From Babesia bigemina (Eukaryota), in assembly GCF_000981445.1 (NCBI RefSeq), contig NC_027217.1:1-64000 (forward strand): a stretch of 64,000 nt of DNA. Reading direction: 5' to 3'. This document shows, in pieces, positions 18,266 to 30,900 of the stretch (its first letter is position 1; every line of letters begins with the position of its first letter). Made by a program: the position numbers and the translations under genes. Below the pieces are notes generated by a model. The model was not told the origin of the DNA, ran no database searches, and saw only the letters and a list, made by a program, of their open reading frames with translations.

Positions 18266-20060
18266 ATCCACTCTACATCGCTCCTCTATCCACTCTACAT
18301 CGCTCCCTAACTCACTCTACATCGCCCCTTTACCCACTCTTCATCGCTCCTCTATCCACTCTACATCGCTCCCTAACCCACTCCACATCGCCCCTTTATC
18401 CACCCTACATCGCCCCTTTAGCCACTCTACATCGCTCCTCTACCCACTCCACATCGCTCCCTAACCCACTCTACATCGCACCTTTATCCACTCTACATCG
18501 CTCCTTTATCCACTCTACATCGCTCCCTTATCCACTCTACATCGCTCCCTTATCCACTCTACATCGCTCCCTAACCCACTCTACATCGCTCCCTTATCCA
18601 CTCTACATCGCTCCCTAACCCACTCTACATCGCTCCCTTATCCACTCCACATCGCCCCTTTATCCACTCTACATCGCCCCTTTACCCACTCTACATCGCC
18701 CCTTTACCCACTCCACATCGCCCCTTAACCCACTCTACATCGCTCCTCTACGCACTCTACATCGCCCCTTTATCCACTCTACATCGCCCCTTTACCCACT
18801 CTACATCGCCCCTTTATCCACTCTACATCGCTCCCTAACCCACTCTACATCGCTCCCTAACCCACTCTACATCGCTCCCTAACCCACTCTACATCGCTCC
18901 TTATCCACTCTACATCGCTCCCTAACCCACTCTACATCGCCCCTTATCCACTCTACATCGCCCCTTTATCCACTCCACATCGCCCCTTTACTTACTCTAC
19001 ATCGCTCCTCTACCCACTCCACATCGCTCCCTAACCCACTCTACATCGCCCCTTAACCCACTCTACATCGCCCCTTTACCCACTCTACATCGCTCCTCTA
19101 TCCACCCTACATCGTTCCTTTATTCACTCCACATCGCTCCCTTATCCACTCTCCATCGCCCCTTTATCCACTCCTCATCGCTCCCAAACCCACTCCTCAT
19201 CGCTCCTTTATCCACCTTACATCGCTCCCTAATCCACTCTACATCGCCCCTCTATCCACTCCACATCGCCCCTTATCCACTCTACATCGCCCCTTTATCC
19301 ACTCTACATCGCCCCTTTACCCACCCTACATCGCTCCTTTATTCACTCTCCATCGCCCCTTTATCCACTCTCCATCGCCCCTTTATCCACTCTCCATCGC
19401 CCCTTAACTCACTCCACATCGCTCCCTAACCCACTCTACATCGCCCCTTAACCCACTCTACATCGCTCCTTAACCCACTCTACATCGCTCCCTAACCCAC
19501 TCTACATCGCTCCTTAACCCACTCTACATCGCCCCTTTACCCACTCTACATCGCTCCTCTACCCACTCTACATCGCCCGTTACCCACTCTACATCGCCCC
19601 TTTATCCACTCTACATCGCCCCTTAACCCACTCTACATCGCTCCCTAACCCACTCTACATCGCTCCCTAACCCACTCTACATCGCCCCTTAACCACTCCT
19701 CATCGCCCCTTTACCCACTCTACATCGCCCCTTTATCCACTCTACATCGCCCCTTAACCCACTCTACATCGCCCCTTAACCCACTCTACATCGCTCCTTA
19801 ACCCACTCTACATCGCCCCTTAACCCACTCTACATCGCCCCTTTACCCACTCTACATCGCCCCTTTATCCACTCTACATCGCCCCTTAACCCACTCCACA
19901 TCGCTCCCTAATCCACTCTACATCGCTCCCTTACCCACTCTACATCGCCCCTTTACCCACTCTACATCGCCCCTTTATCCACTCTACATCGCCCCTTTAT
20001 CCACTCTACATCGCCCCTTTATCCACTCTACATCGCTCCTTTATCCACTACACATCGCTC
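18266..20060. repeat. 22-bp tandem array (longest copy, about 1.8 kb)
   Basis: Visible tandem units. Confidence 0.97.
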
Positions 20061-20110
20061 GAATTACCTCGCCATAATACCGCTATGATCTCTATAAACC
20101 ATCACAATAA

Positions 20111-23100
20111 CTTGTGCCTTGTCACCCTTCCCTTCCCTCTTCCACCTCTTGCCACTGCCCTGACCATGTGTCGCCTAGGGAGCTTGACAAGAAATTTGAC
20201 AAAATTTAAAACCTCAAAATTACCTCAAATAACAACCCTACTAATATCCTTACTAACCTCTGCACCGGCCTCGAAACCTTCCTCGGCTTCAACAAAGAGT
20301 CCAAAGGCTACGACGGCCAGGGGATAGTGTACTCTGACCTGGATAGGCTGTGTGACGGGGTGATGGCGTTTTTGCTGGGGGTGCTTGGTGCGGTGAAAGA
20401 TGATGAAAACGTCAAGCATTATTATCCTGTAGAGAAAATGACTGAAACACTCCAAAAAATTAAAAACAGTATGCACAATCCTGGCGGATTGTCTAAGGCC
20501 GTTATGGCTGTGAGCACGGCGCTGGGGGAGTGGGATGGAGATTTGCAAAAGAAAATAGATAAAGTTGTGAAAGAAGAAGGTGAAGGCACGTTAAAAGCAT
20601 TAAAACGAAAAATTGGTGAAAATATTGCGGCAGTTGATAAGTTAAAGTCCCAGTCCCTAGACAGTGTAGTCTCCACCTTGGCCACGACGGTGTTTGATGG
20701 GTTGGACGATAATGTTAATGCAGTGAAAGAGGCCATAAAAAAGCTTGATGGGCCTCTGCAAATGAAGGTTATGAGTGACTTCGAGAAAATTAAAATGGAA
20801 ATAAATCACGTCACGAAGAACGCAAAGGAAGACAAGTGGCGTATGGAGAAGCTGTGCGAGAATGTTAATAAGGTGCTTGACAAACTGCGTCACGCTGTTC
20901 ACATGACAACTGATAATGAGATAAGGCGTATCAGTACAACATTGGCTGACAATATGGAAAATATACAAGGACACATCGGTATCGTGGACGAAATGTTGAA
21001 AAAATACGTCGAACACCTGACGGTGTGGATCAAGAATGCGGATCAGACTATGATCGATGCGTTAGAGAGGGTTGAAATAATATTACAGCAGGTGAAAGAC
21101 ACAGAAAATGCACGAACCAAGAAGGATATACAAGAGGCGATTAGGCAGTTGACGCTGAAGGCTCAATCACTCTACCATGCTGGTAGAGCTGCTGATCGAC
21201 TTGTTAAAGAACTGGTGCCTAAAGCTAACATAATGATCACAGGTCTCGAAAAAGTTTACGTGAATAAATTATGGAAGCTGAAAGAGGACGTGAATTTCGC
21301 AGTCCAGGATGTGAGAAAGAAAATTGGAATGCTTGGCCATCAGTTAGGTGTGAAAACGGAAAGTGATAATATCAAAGGGATTATGAAGCATATTGAAGAG
21401 GAGGTGAAGTTCATTAAAGGAAAAATTGGAGAACCAATGAAAGTCCCAGAACTAGATGATGCAGATGATAGTATATATAAGAATTGGCAGAAGATTAAAC
21501 ATGAGGTTAAGCAGGTTGTTGACAGCATGACTGGTGTGGAAGATGGTGAAATAACTGGAGCACTTAAATTGATTGCAAAAGGTGTCACAGATTACGCCAA
21601 TGGTTTTGGAGAAGAAGGATTCAGCAGTAACGTATTGACTGAGTGGATTGGAGATATATTAAAAGATAAAGATGAGAGCATTGTGACTTACAAGATAAAC
21701 CAGTATGTGAGACTTCACAAAAACGTTAGCCAGATGACAGACAAGGATGATGAGGCGGTGAAGGATGCAATAAAGAAACACCTCCCATCGCATATTTACA
21801 CAGAAATACAGGAAGCTGCCGTAACGCATCTTAATAGATCAACGGTGGGTAATATTGCCGATCGATTTCAGGAATTTGCCGACCATGTTGAACTTCAACT
21901 TAAGAACCATCTAAATTTTTCACTTGGAAGGGCAGCTCAACAAATAGAAGAGCAGTTGGGTTTGACAAAAGCGAAGCATAAATATAGACACAATATCGAG
22001 ATTATTATTAGAGCTATCGTGAAGTCCTTATTGAACAACTTCAAGCAGGTTGCATTAGAGCTTAAGCGGTTTGCTAAAACGTCACTAATTAATCGAATAG
22101 AAAGTGCAATACCAGATGTTGAAGATCTTGGCAAACAACTTATATCAGGCAATCCCGGCGAAAAAGTTGATAAGGCATTGGAAGCCGTTAAGCCTAAGAT
22201 TGAGACACTGCAACACCAACTTGAGAAAGCAACACAGCCTAATTCCCTCGGCGATGATAGCGACAATGCTGCAGCCGCGATAGATGTAGCGATTCACAAT
22301 GTTACGAAACATCCATTTGAAGGTATAGTGGCGAGTGGAGACGGTAGACTATTAAATGACATCAATGGACGCCTCGACGCGTACATCGCCCTCAATGATA
22401 CCATGGGAGTATTGAGAACGCAAACGATTACCGCATTATCGCAAATTGATAATGCACATAATGACGTTCTAAAACTCTTTAAAGATGTTACATCTAATAT
22501 TGCAAAATTGTGCGCCACCATTGAGAAAGCATCCGATGAACAACCAGGCGGACTGAAGAAAATGTTAGGTGATTTCAGAAAGGAGCGCATCGCCATGGTT
22601 AATAACAGATCAGGTCTTCAAAAGATAAAAACCGATCTCGACACCCTCCAAAAAGATCAACTCAGAAAATTAGATACAGCCGTCACAAATGTACTTCATT
22701 CCACTCTCCCTGAAGCCGTCGAAAATTGCAGAGAAGCCATACAAGAAAATATCAGAGAAGAAGTTGAGAAGGCCAAGAGAGACATAAAACAAGACGCACT
22801 TAAGCGCTATGTCAAGTCAAAAATCAATGATCTTAAAGCACTAGGAACGTTTGTGGAGCAGCGGCGTGCATTAATGGCGAAAACCATAGACAACGATTTG
22901 AAAAGTGGTATCAAAGGTTTTTTTAAGAATCTCAACGCGGACATTGGCGAGTTCAATAACTTGAATGCGGATTCCGAGTTGCCGGACGGAGCGTCATACG
23001 CGAAAACATTCTTTCAACTGTTGTCATCAAACATCTCAAGCCAACCGGATATGATGTCTTTCACAACTATAGTTGATGCGATACATTCCCCGGTGGATCA

Positions 23101-25561
23101 GTTGCTCTCCGGTCTCGAATCTTCGGAGCACTTCGACAGCACATTCACAAACAACCTTGACACGCTTGAAAATGCCATACAGTCTCTGGTGCCCACTGGC
23201 TTCTCCGGGCCACTTAGTCCGCTAATTGATGTTCTGAAGGAAGGCATCACGGCATTCGTCAAGCAGCTGAACATGGCTTACGTCAGCAGGTATTCGGGGA
23301 CAAGTATTCAGTGGAATGAAACTGAAAATTACAAAAGATTAACCGCCGACGCAACCAACTGCGCCAAAGCCTTCCTCACCTTGATACCAGTAATGTGTCA
23401 CGACGTGTCTGACTTGCGATCCAAATGCGTTGTGTCTTGGAGTGAATTGAAAACTAATTTGCGTGGTAAAAACAATCCTCTCGGAGCGTGCTTGCAAGAC
23501 GCGGGGTATAAAGTCTCCGAATCGGAAGCTGTACACAACGGGGTGTTGCGTAATACGATTAGCGGCCAGACCGTTAACGAAAAACTGAAACGGAAGACTA
23601 CTGACGCAGAGAAATTGGAGCAGTTAAAAGCATGGAAAACATCTAACAACAGACACGGTGACGGAGTAACGCTGCTCGACTTATTCGATTACCTACACGA
23701 TTGCCTTAGATGGTACTACGAAGTATGTCACCTGGGCACTCTCAGTTCCAAGAAACATCCACGCAGTATATACGACATGCTTCAATGGCTCTCCGGTCTG
23801 TCGTACGATCCAGTGCACCAGGAACTGGCGCTCAATGGGTTCAGTGACCTGTTTGAAAAGCCAGAGAAAGACGAGTCGGATGCTGAGTTGTCTCTATCGG
23901 ATAAGGACCCGGACACGTTGGAGGCCTACCCAGAAAATGTCACGGCTACAAAGCTGTCGAATAGCCTTCGCGATGTTTGCGCGTATTCGGAGACTGTACT
24001 TGTCGCCATCCAGGGTTATGGACACGCAGGCGGGCGGTATGCTTGCGATTTTAACAGCAACGCGGACAGTTTCGTATATCCCGCGGACCCTGCGAAATGT
24101 TTGGAAATTCTTGCGGATGTGTTGACTCGGGTGTACGAGCAGCTGTGTTTCCTATTAGTTCAGTGTTCACGTGAGTACGAGGCTAACAGCTGGCGTGATT
24201 GCTATTATGGACGTGGCGTGGGAGGCTCGTCATGGACCTGCAACACAAAGCAATGTGGCAACCAAATTGGCGATCAAACTTGCAACCAAAGTGCTGACCA
24301 AATGGCCAACCAAAACGGTGATCAAAAAGACGACCAACAACCTAAGTGCGGACTTAAGTCACCCCTCCAGTCATTCCTTGAAGACGGATTGCCAGGCTTT
24401 ATACCACATACATTCGACAAGGTTGGTTGTAAATTGGAATGCACCGTGTCCAAGCATCGGGGATTGCCGTGTAAAACGCCCATGGGCTTCAATGATATTA
24501 GCAATGTAGCATCGCATACTAAGCAAGGCGCACACCTCACCAAAGTACTCTACGACTTTTGTGGTCACATGGATAGCCCACTTGTCAAGCTTTGCGGTAA
24601 TTTAGTTTGTCTGCTAAATAGGCCTCCTCAAACGCTATCCGATATGTACGCATTCTACTACAATTTACTCCACGATTGGAATGGCAAATCTAGAGGTGCG
24701 ATAGACGTCAGGAAGCATAAGATGACCGCATTTAATGACGCCGTAACAAGGGCCAACTTCGGCGTACCTTATCCGGAACTCAACGTCAACTCAATCATTA
24801 CCGACCATAAGTCCAATAATCATACCACTGGAGATCTGTTGTGTCTCTACAGCTGCAACAGTACGTCGTCGTTGACGGCAACCTGCGGTCGATACCTACA
24901 ACCTTTCGGTATGAACACGTGGACAGTGTTTTCAGAAAAACACGCCGATAAATACCTCTCCTGGATCGTCTACATCACCGAGGTGTTCTATAATTTGCTC
25001 GAACAGCTGCTAAAAGAGTGCTGCCAAAATTGCACGTCATCGCAATCCAGGTGCAATGGTAAAGTCTGCCCTAAAACATGTCCAGTCAAATACACAAGTG
25101 ACGGAACAAAGTCGCAATCCGTATCAACTATTCATCACACCAAGGACTGCAAATCCATTGCTTACTGCCCCTCAACACGTCCCACCTTATGCAAGTACGG
25201 CTTCGTTTTCAAGAGTTTATCGAACATGAGCGGCAATAGTGGAGAATCAACGAAGCGCACCTGCAAAGATTTATGTCACGCATTGCAAAATGTTCTACTT
25301 AAAGGAAAAGTACTCGGCGAATTCACCCATGTCACAATTCCAGAATTTCTGTGGAACATCAGACAAAAATTCTTTTGGATGACCGTCGCCCTTTGGCTCC
25401 TCTCCTTGTTGTACCTCATCCACATCATGGTCATCCGCCTAGACCTCCTCCACATCAAATCGCATCTACATAGTCCCTCGAGTCATAGGATAGCTGCTCA
25501 ATCGCTGCTCGCCGCCGCACGTGTTAACAAGCTTAACAGGGTGTTTTATCTACAACCATAA
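20111..25561 (+). CDS. ves-like gene 3; 5' region has in-frame TAA at 20207-20209, and the ATG at 20085 is out of frame
   Basis: LVPCHPSLPSSTSCHCPDHVSPRELDKKFDKI*...NLCTGLETFLGFN...GIVYSDLDRLCD; conserved TM and tail. Confidence 0.82.
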
Positions 25562-25685
25562 TCGTACTCACGTGTCTACTATCTACACTCACCTAGCATA
25601 TCACCTACTCACCTATACAACTAATTGTGCTTTAATCTGTTGTATCACTCATTAATCGTTGTATGTGATTGTGTAATAGTTAACT

Positions 25686-25868
25686 AAAGTGCTGACCAAA
25701 GTGTTGACCAAAGTGCTGACCAAGGTGCTGACCAAAGTGCTGACCAATGTCATAACCAACGTCTTGATTTATGTGCTGACCAATGTCATAACCAATGTGC
25801 TGACCAAAGTGGTGACCAAAGTGGTGACCTAGTGAGTGACCAACGTGATGACCAACGTGTTGACCAAG
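25686..25868. repeat. 12-bp tandem array
   Basis: Visible tandem units. Confidence 0.95.
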
Positions 25869-25872
25869 TTGA

Positions 25873-26200
25873 TGGACACGGCAGCGATGACATGGACACA
25901 GCAGCGATGACATGGTCACGGCAGCGATGACATGGTCACGGCAGCGATGACATGGTCACGGCAGCGATGACATGGTTACAGCAGCGATGACACGGTCACG
26001 GCAGCGATGACATGGTTACGGCAGCGATGTCATGGTCACGGCAGCGATGACATGGTTACAGCAGCGATGACAGTGGACACGGCAGCGATGACATGGTCAC
26101 GGCAGCGATGACATGGTCACGGCAGCGATGACATGGTTACGGCAGCGATGACAAGGTTACGGCAGCGATGACATGGTCACGGCAGCGGTGACATGGTCAC
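25873..26200. repeat. 20-bp tandem array
   Basis: Visible tandem units. Confidence 0.97.
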
Positions 26201-26213
26201 AAGTGGTGATTAT

Positions 26214-27724
26214 TACCCACTCCACATCGCTCCTTAACCCACTCTACATCGCCCCTTAATCCACTCCACATCGCTGCCTAACCCACTCCACATCGCTCCC
26301 TTATCCACTCTACATCGCCCCTAACCCACTCCACATCGCTCCCTAACCCACTCTACATCGCTCCCTAACCCACTCTACATCGCTCCCTAACCCACTCTAC
26401 ATCGCCCCTTTACCCACTCTACATCGCTCCTTTATCCACTCTACATCGCTCCTTTGTCCACTCTACATCGCTCCCTTACCCACTCTACATCGCTCCCTAA
26501 CCCACTCCACATCGCTCCCTAACCCACTCTACATCGCCCCTTTATCCACTCCACATCGCCCCTTAACCCACTCCACATCGCTCCCTAATCCACTCCACAT
26601 CACCCCTTAACCCACTCTACATCGCTCCCTAACCCACTCTACATCGCCCCTTATCCACTCTACATCGCCCCTTTACCCACTCTACATCGCCCCTTTATCC
26701 ACTCTACATCGCTCCTTTACCCACTCCACATCACCCCTTTATCCACTCTACACCGCCCCTTAACCCACTCTACATCGCTCCCTTACCCACTCTACATCGC
26801 TCCCTTACCCACTCTACATCGCTCCCTAACCCACTCTACATCGCTCCTTTATCCACTCTACATCGCTCCTCTACCCACTCTACATCGCCCCTTTATCCAC
26901 TCTACATCGCCCCTTATCCCACTCTACATCGCCCCTTTACCCACTCTACATCGCCCCTTAACCCACTCTACATCGCCCCTCTATCCACTCTACATCGCCC
27001 CTTTATCCACTCAACATCGCCCCTTTATCCACTCTACATCGCCCCTCTATCCACTCTACATCGCCCCTTTATCCACTCTACATCGCTCCTTTATCCACTC
27101 TACATCGCTCCCTAACCCACTCTACATCGCCCCTTTATCCACTCTACATCGCCCCTTTATCCACTCTACATCGCTCCTTAACCCACTCTACATCGCCCCT
27201 TTATCCACTCTACATCGCCCCTTTATCCACTCCTCATCGCTCCTTTATCCACTCTACATCGCCCCTTAACCCACTCTACATCGCTCCTTTACCCACTCTA
27301 CATCGCCCCTAACCCACTCCACATCGCTCCCTAACCCACTCTACATCGCTCCCTAACCCACTCTACATCGCTCCCTAACCCACTCTACATCGCCCCTTTA
27401 CCCACTCTACATCGCTCCTTTATCCACTCTACATCGCTCCTTTGTCCACTCTACATCGCTCCCTTACCCACTCTACATCGCTCCCTAACCCACTCCACAT
27501 CGCTCCCTAACCCACTCTACATCGCCCCTTTATCCACTCCACATCGCCCCTTAACCCACTCCACATCGCTCCCTAATCCACTCCACATCACCCCTTAACC
27601 CACTCTACATCGCTCCCTAACCCACTCTACATCGCCCCTTATCCACTCTACATCGCCCCTTTACCCACTCTACATCGCCCCTTTATCCACTCTACATCGC
27701 TCCCTAACCCACCCTACATCGCTC
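26214..27724. repeat. 22-bp tandem array with an internal higher-order duplication
   Basis: Visible tandem units; rare variants recur at offset 988. Confidence 0.97.
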
Positions 27725-27910
27725 GATTTATTTCGCCATAATACCGCTATGACCTCTTTAGACCATTATAATAACTTGTGCCCTGTCACTCTTCCCTTCC
27801 CCTCTTCCACCTCTTGCCACTGCCCTGACCCATCATGTTCACCCTAAGTCCAAATTCCTCGAATTACTTTGTCTTATTAACGCTATGACCTCTATAATGC
27901 ATTATAATAA

Positions 27911-30900
27911 CTTGCTGATGGTGACCATTCTCTTACTGATGATGCTACTAAAAAAGCCTTGAATGACATTGAAGAGCGTGAGAAACAACTTAATGAACTT
28001 AAAAATAAGCTTACTAAATTCACTAATGATCTCGGAAATGACGCTAATAATAATATTTTAACGCATTTATGTTCCGGCCTCGAAAAATTCCTCGGCTTCA
28101 ACAAAGATTCCAAAGGCTACGAAGGCACTGGTATTGTGTACTCTGACTTGGACAGGCTGTGTGACGGGGTGATGGGATTTTTGAGTGGTGTGCTTAGTAA
28201 CATCCACAAGCATTTAGGGCAGCATAAAAATGAAATAAATATTGCAATTGAAGCACTGAACACCAACAAACACCTTGGTAAAAAAGGTTTTAGTGTTGCG
28301 ATTGTGAAGGTGGTAGAAGGGGTGGGGAGGTATAATGATGCTGTCAGAAATTCCAACAATCATGTCAAGAACAAAATAACAGATTTCGACAGAGAGATGA
28401 AGAGACTCAAAAAAACGGTAAGTGAAGATTTAAAAAATAATTCTGCTGCAGGTGCTGGAAGAATTGTGCAGGGATCCGTGGACTCTGCTGACCAATTGGT
28501 GGAGACATGCCTTAGCAACGCAAACAAATTCAATAAATCTTTAGACACTGCAAAACATGAAAACGTGAGAAACGCGATTAATGATTGTAACTCTATAGTG
28601 CGTGATGATGTGAATAAAGCGCGTGCCTGTGTTAAGCTTGAGACGGAGCAGTTCGCTGCTCTGTCGAGTAAGCAGCAGGAAGATCGAAAGGTGATGAGGG
28701 AGAAAATAGAGCGTTGTTTGACAGATCTGGGAACGTGCGTGAATGATAGTATCAAGAAAAAGGTGGCTAAGCTTGTTGAAGACTTGGGTTTGAAGGTGAA
28801 AGAAATTAAGAGGCAGCTTGTCGAAATACAGGGCAAGTTGGTTGAGTATATAAGAGAGTTGACGACGTGGATTGATAAAGCGCAGCCTTTGATTAACTCG
28901 GCGTTTGAGAAGGTGAAAGAGATATTAGAGGATATTAACGACGGCAACTCGGTCAAGAAACCCTCTCTAATCAAATCAACCGTCACGCAAATAGAGGGAG
29001 CGGTAGCAATGCTCAAAGGTGCAGGGGAAGACGCCGGTAAGGTTGTCAAGGAGAAAGTATCCGCGGCGCTTAAGCAGGTGAAGGAAATGAACGACGCGCT
29101 GAAACAGGATTTGTATTCAGTCAAGCAAGAAATCCAGAAAGCAATTGTGAATCATGTCAAGAAGCAAATCAAGACGCCGTATGATGAGCTAGAGGGGAAC
29201 GTGAAACAAGATTTGACGACTTTGAAGGGGAATATAAAAAGTGAAGTGAATGCTATTGTGCTGAGCTCAAATGAGTTTTCCGATCAATTTACTGCAACGC
29301 AACACGCAATTGATGCGGCAATCCAGAAAGTGCACAATAAGGTAAACAACTTCAAACACCTTAGTAATTTCAACACATTTGCAAGCGACTTTGACAGCAG
29401 CGTACCCATGCTTACATCAATAGGGGCAAGTGGTAATGACTTCTTGCAATCGCTTAGTGAATATTTAAATTTGCTGTGTAAGGATGTCATGGGTCCATCA
29501 AGTAAGGCCATGGAGATGATTGCGGCAGGGATCGAAACTTCTATAGGGACACACCGTCTTGATGAAACCGTAATCATTGCAGACAAACATAGAAAGTCAC
29601 TTCAACAGCTCTTAGACATTGACGCATCATCTAGCAGCATGAGTGCTCTCAAAATTCTCCTGGGCAAGGATTTCGATGCGCCGGAATTCGATCTTCAGAA
29701 AAGTGCTACGAAAATAAGAAGGCTTCGTCAACAGCTCACTGTTCAACATCCGCAGTCTGCAAAGTTGAAAAAACAAGATTTGATAGATATTCTAAACGAC
29801 CTAGGCAATATTGCAGGCGCCGTTTCCGACCATTCGGAGAAAGTGGTCAAGGCAGCAATGAAAGCGATTAAAGCAAAAGTTAAAGGGGAGATTAGCAGCG
29901 CGACGCAGATCATTCTGAATGAAGCAGGAACTATTAAAAGTGGCGTACAAAATGGTAAGGTCGGTGAAAAAGTGGTGTACGGTGAGCACGATGGCGATAG
30001 ACAGGACGTCAGAGGCCTCAAGGCGTTGGTGAACCAATTCGACACGAAAATTAAGAGCGCACTATCAACTTTTCGAGATAAATTTGAAAGTGACTTTTTT
30101 AAAATGAAAGAACCGTCCAGCGGTGAGCACGATTACGAGCTTGGCCCCAATCTCATGAAAACGTTCAAAACCGCATACGATGCCCTCAAGGACGGTAAGC
30201 TGAAAGACGACACTTTTCAAAAGGACGTCGATGAAATACTAAATAAGGAGATCGGCGGTACGATATTGGCAGGAGGTGCTGCAGCTGATAGAATATCCAA
30301 TATTGAAAAAAATAAATTTCCGAATTACGATGCTCAAGTCAACCAAGATAGCCTTGGGTTAGAAAATCCAGACCAGCTAGCAGGCAAACTTCCAAAGGCG
30401 ATAACAGAAATCAAAAAGCAGGTTGAGGGCGCCGTGAAAGACGTCGTCAAATTTTATAGTTATGCAGAGGAAGATCTAAAAAAAGTCACCACCGCCCTTC
30501 AACAACTCTGCCAGGCTGTAAAAGCTGCCGGTGATAACGCTCATAGTGATTTGAAACAATTGAAAGAAACGTACTTCAATCAGTCTGAGTTTGTAAATGG
30601 CGGCATCAGAATAATTAAGTATCAGCTTACGAATCTGCAAGAAGATGACCTGACAAAAGCCATAAATGAAGCTACTAAGTTCCTCACCGATGCTGCTAAG
30701 ATACGTGAACAAACCGTCGGATCCCTAAAAATTGACGTCGACGGTCAAGTCAAAGAAGTCAAAAGGCAACTCACCTCCGAGCTCGACAAGCAGTACATCA
30801 CCACCATGGCGCTGCAGCTCGACCACTTCGCCGACAGGGTCACTGAGCACCTCAAGGGACTGCCCGAGGCAATCGAAAAGGACAAGCACACCGGCTTCAA

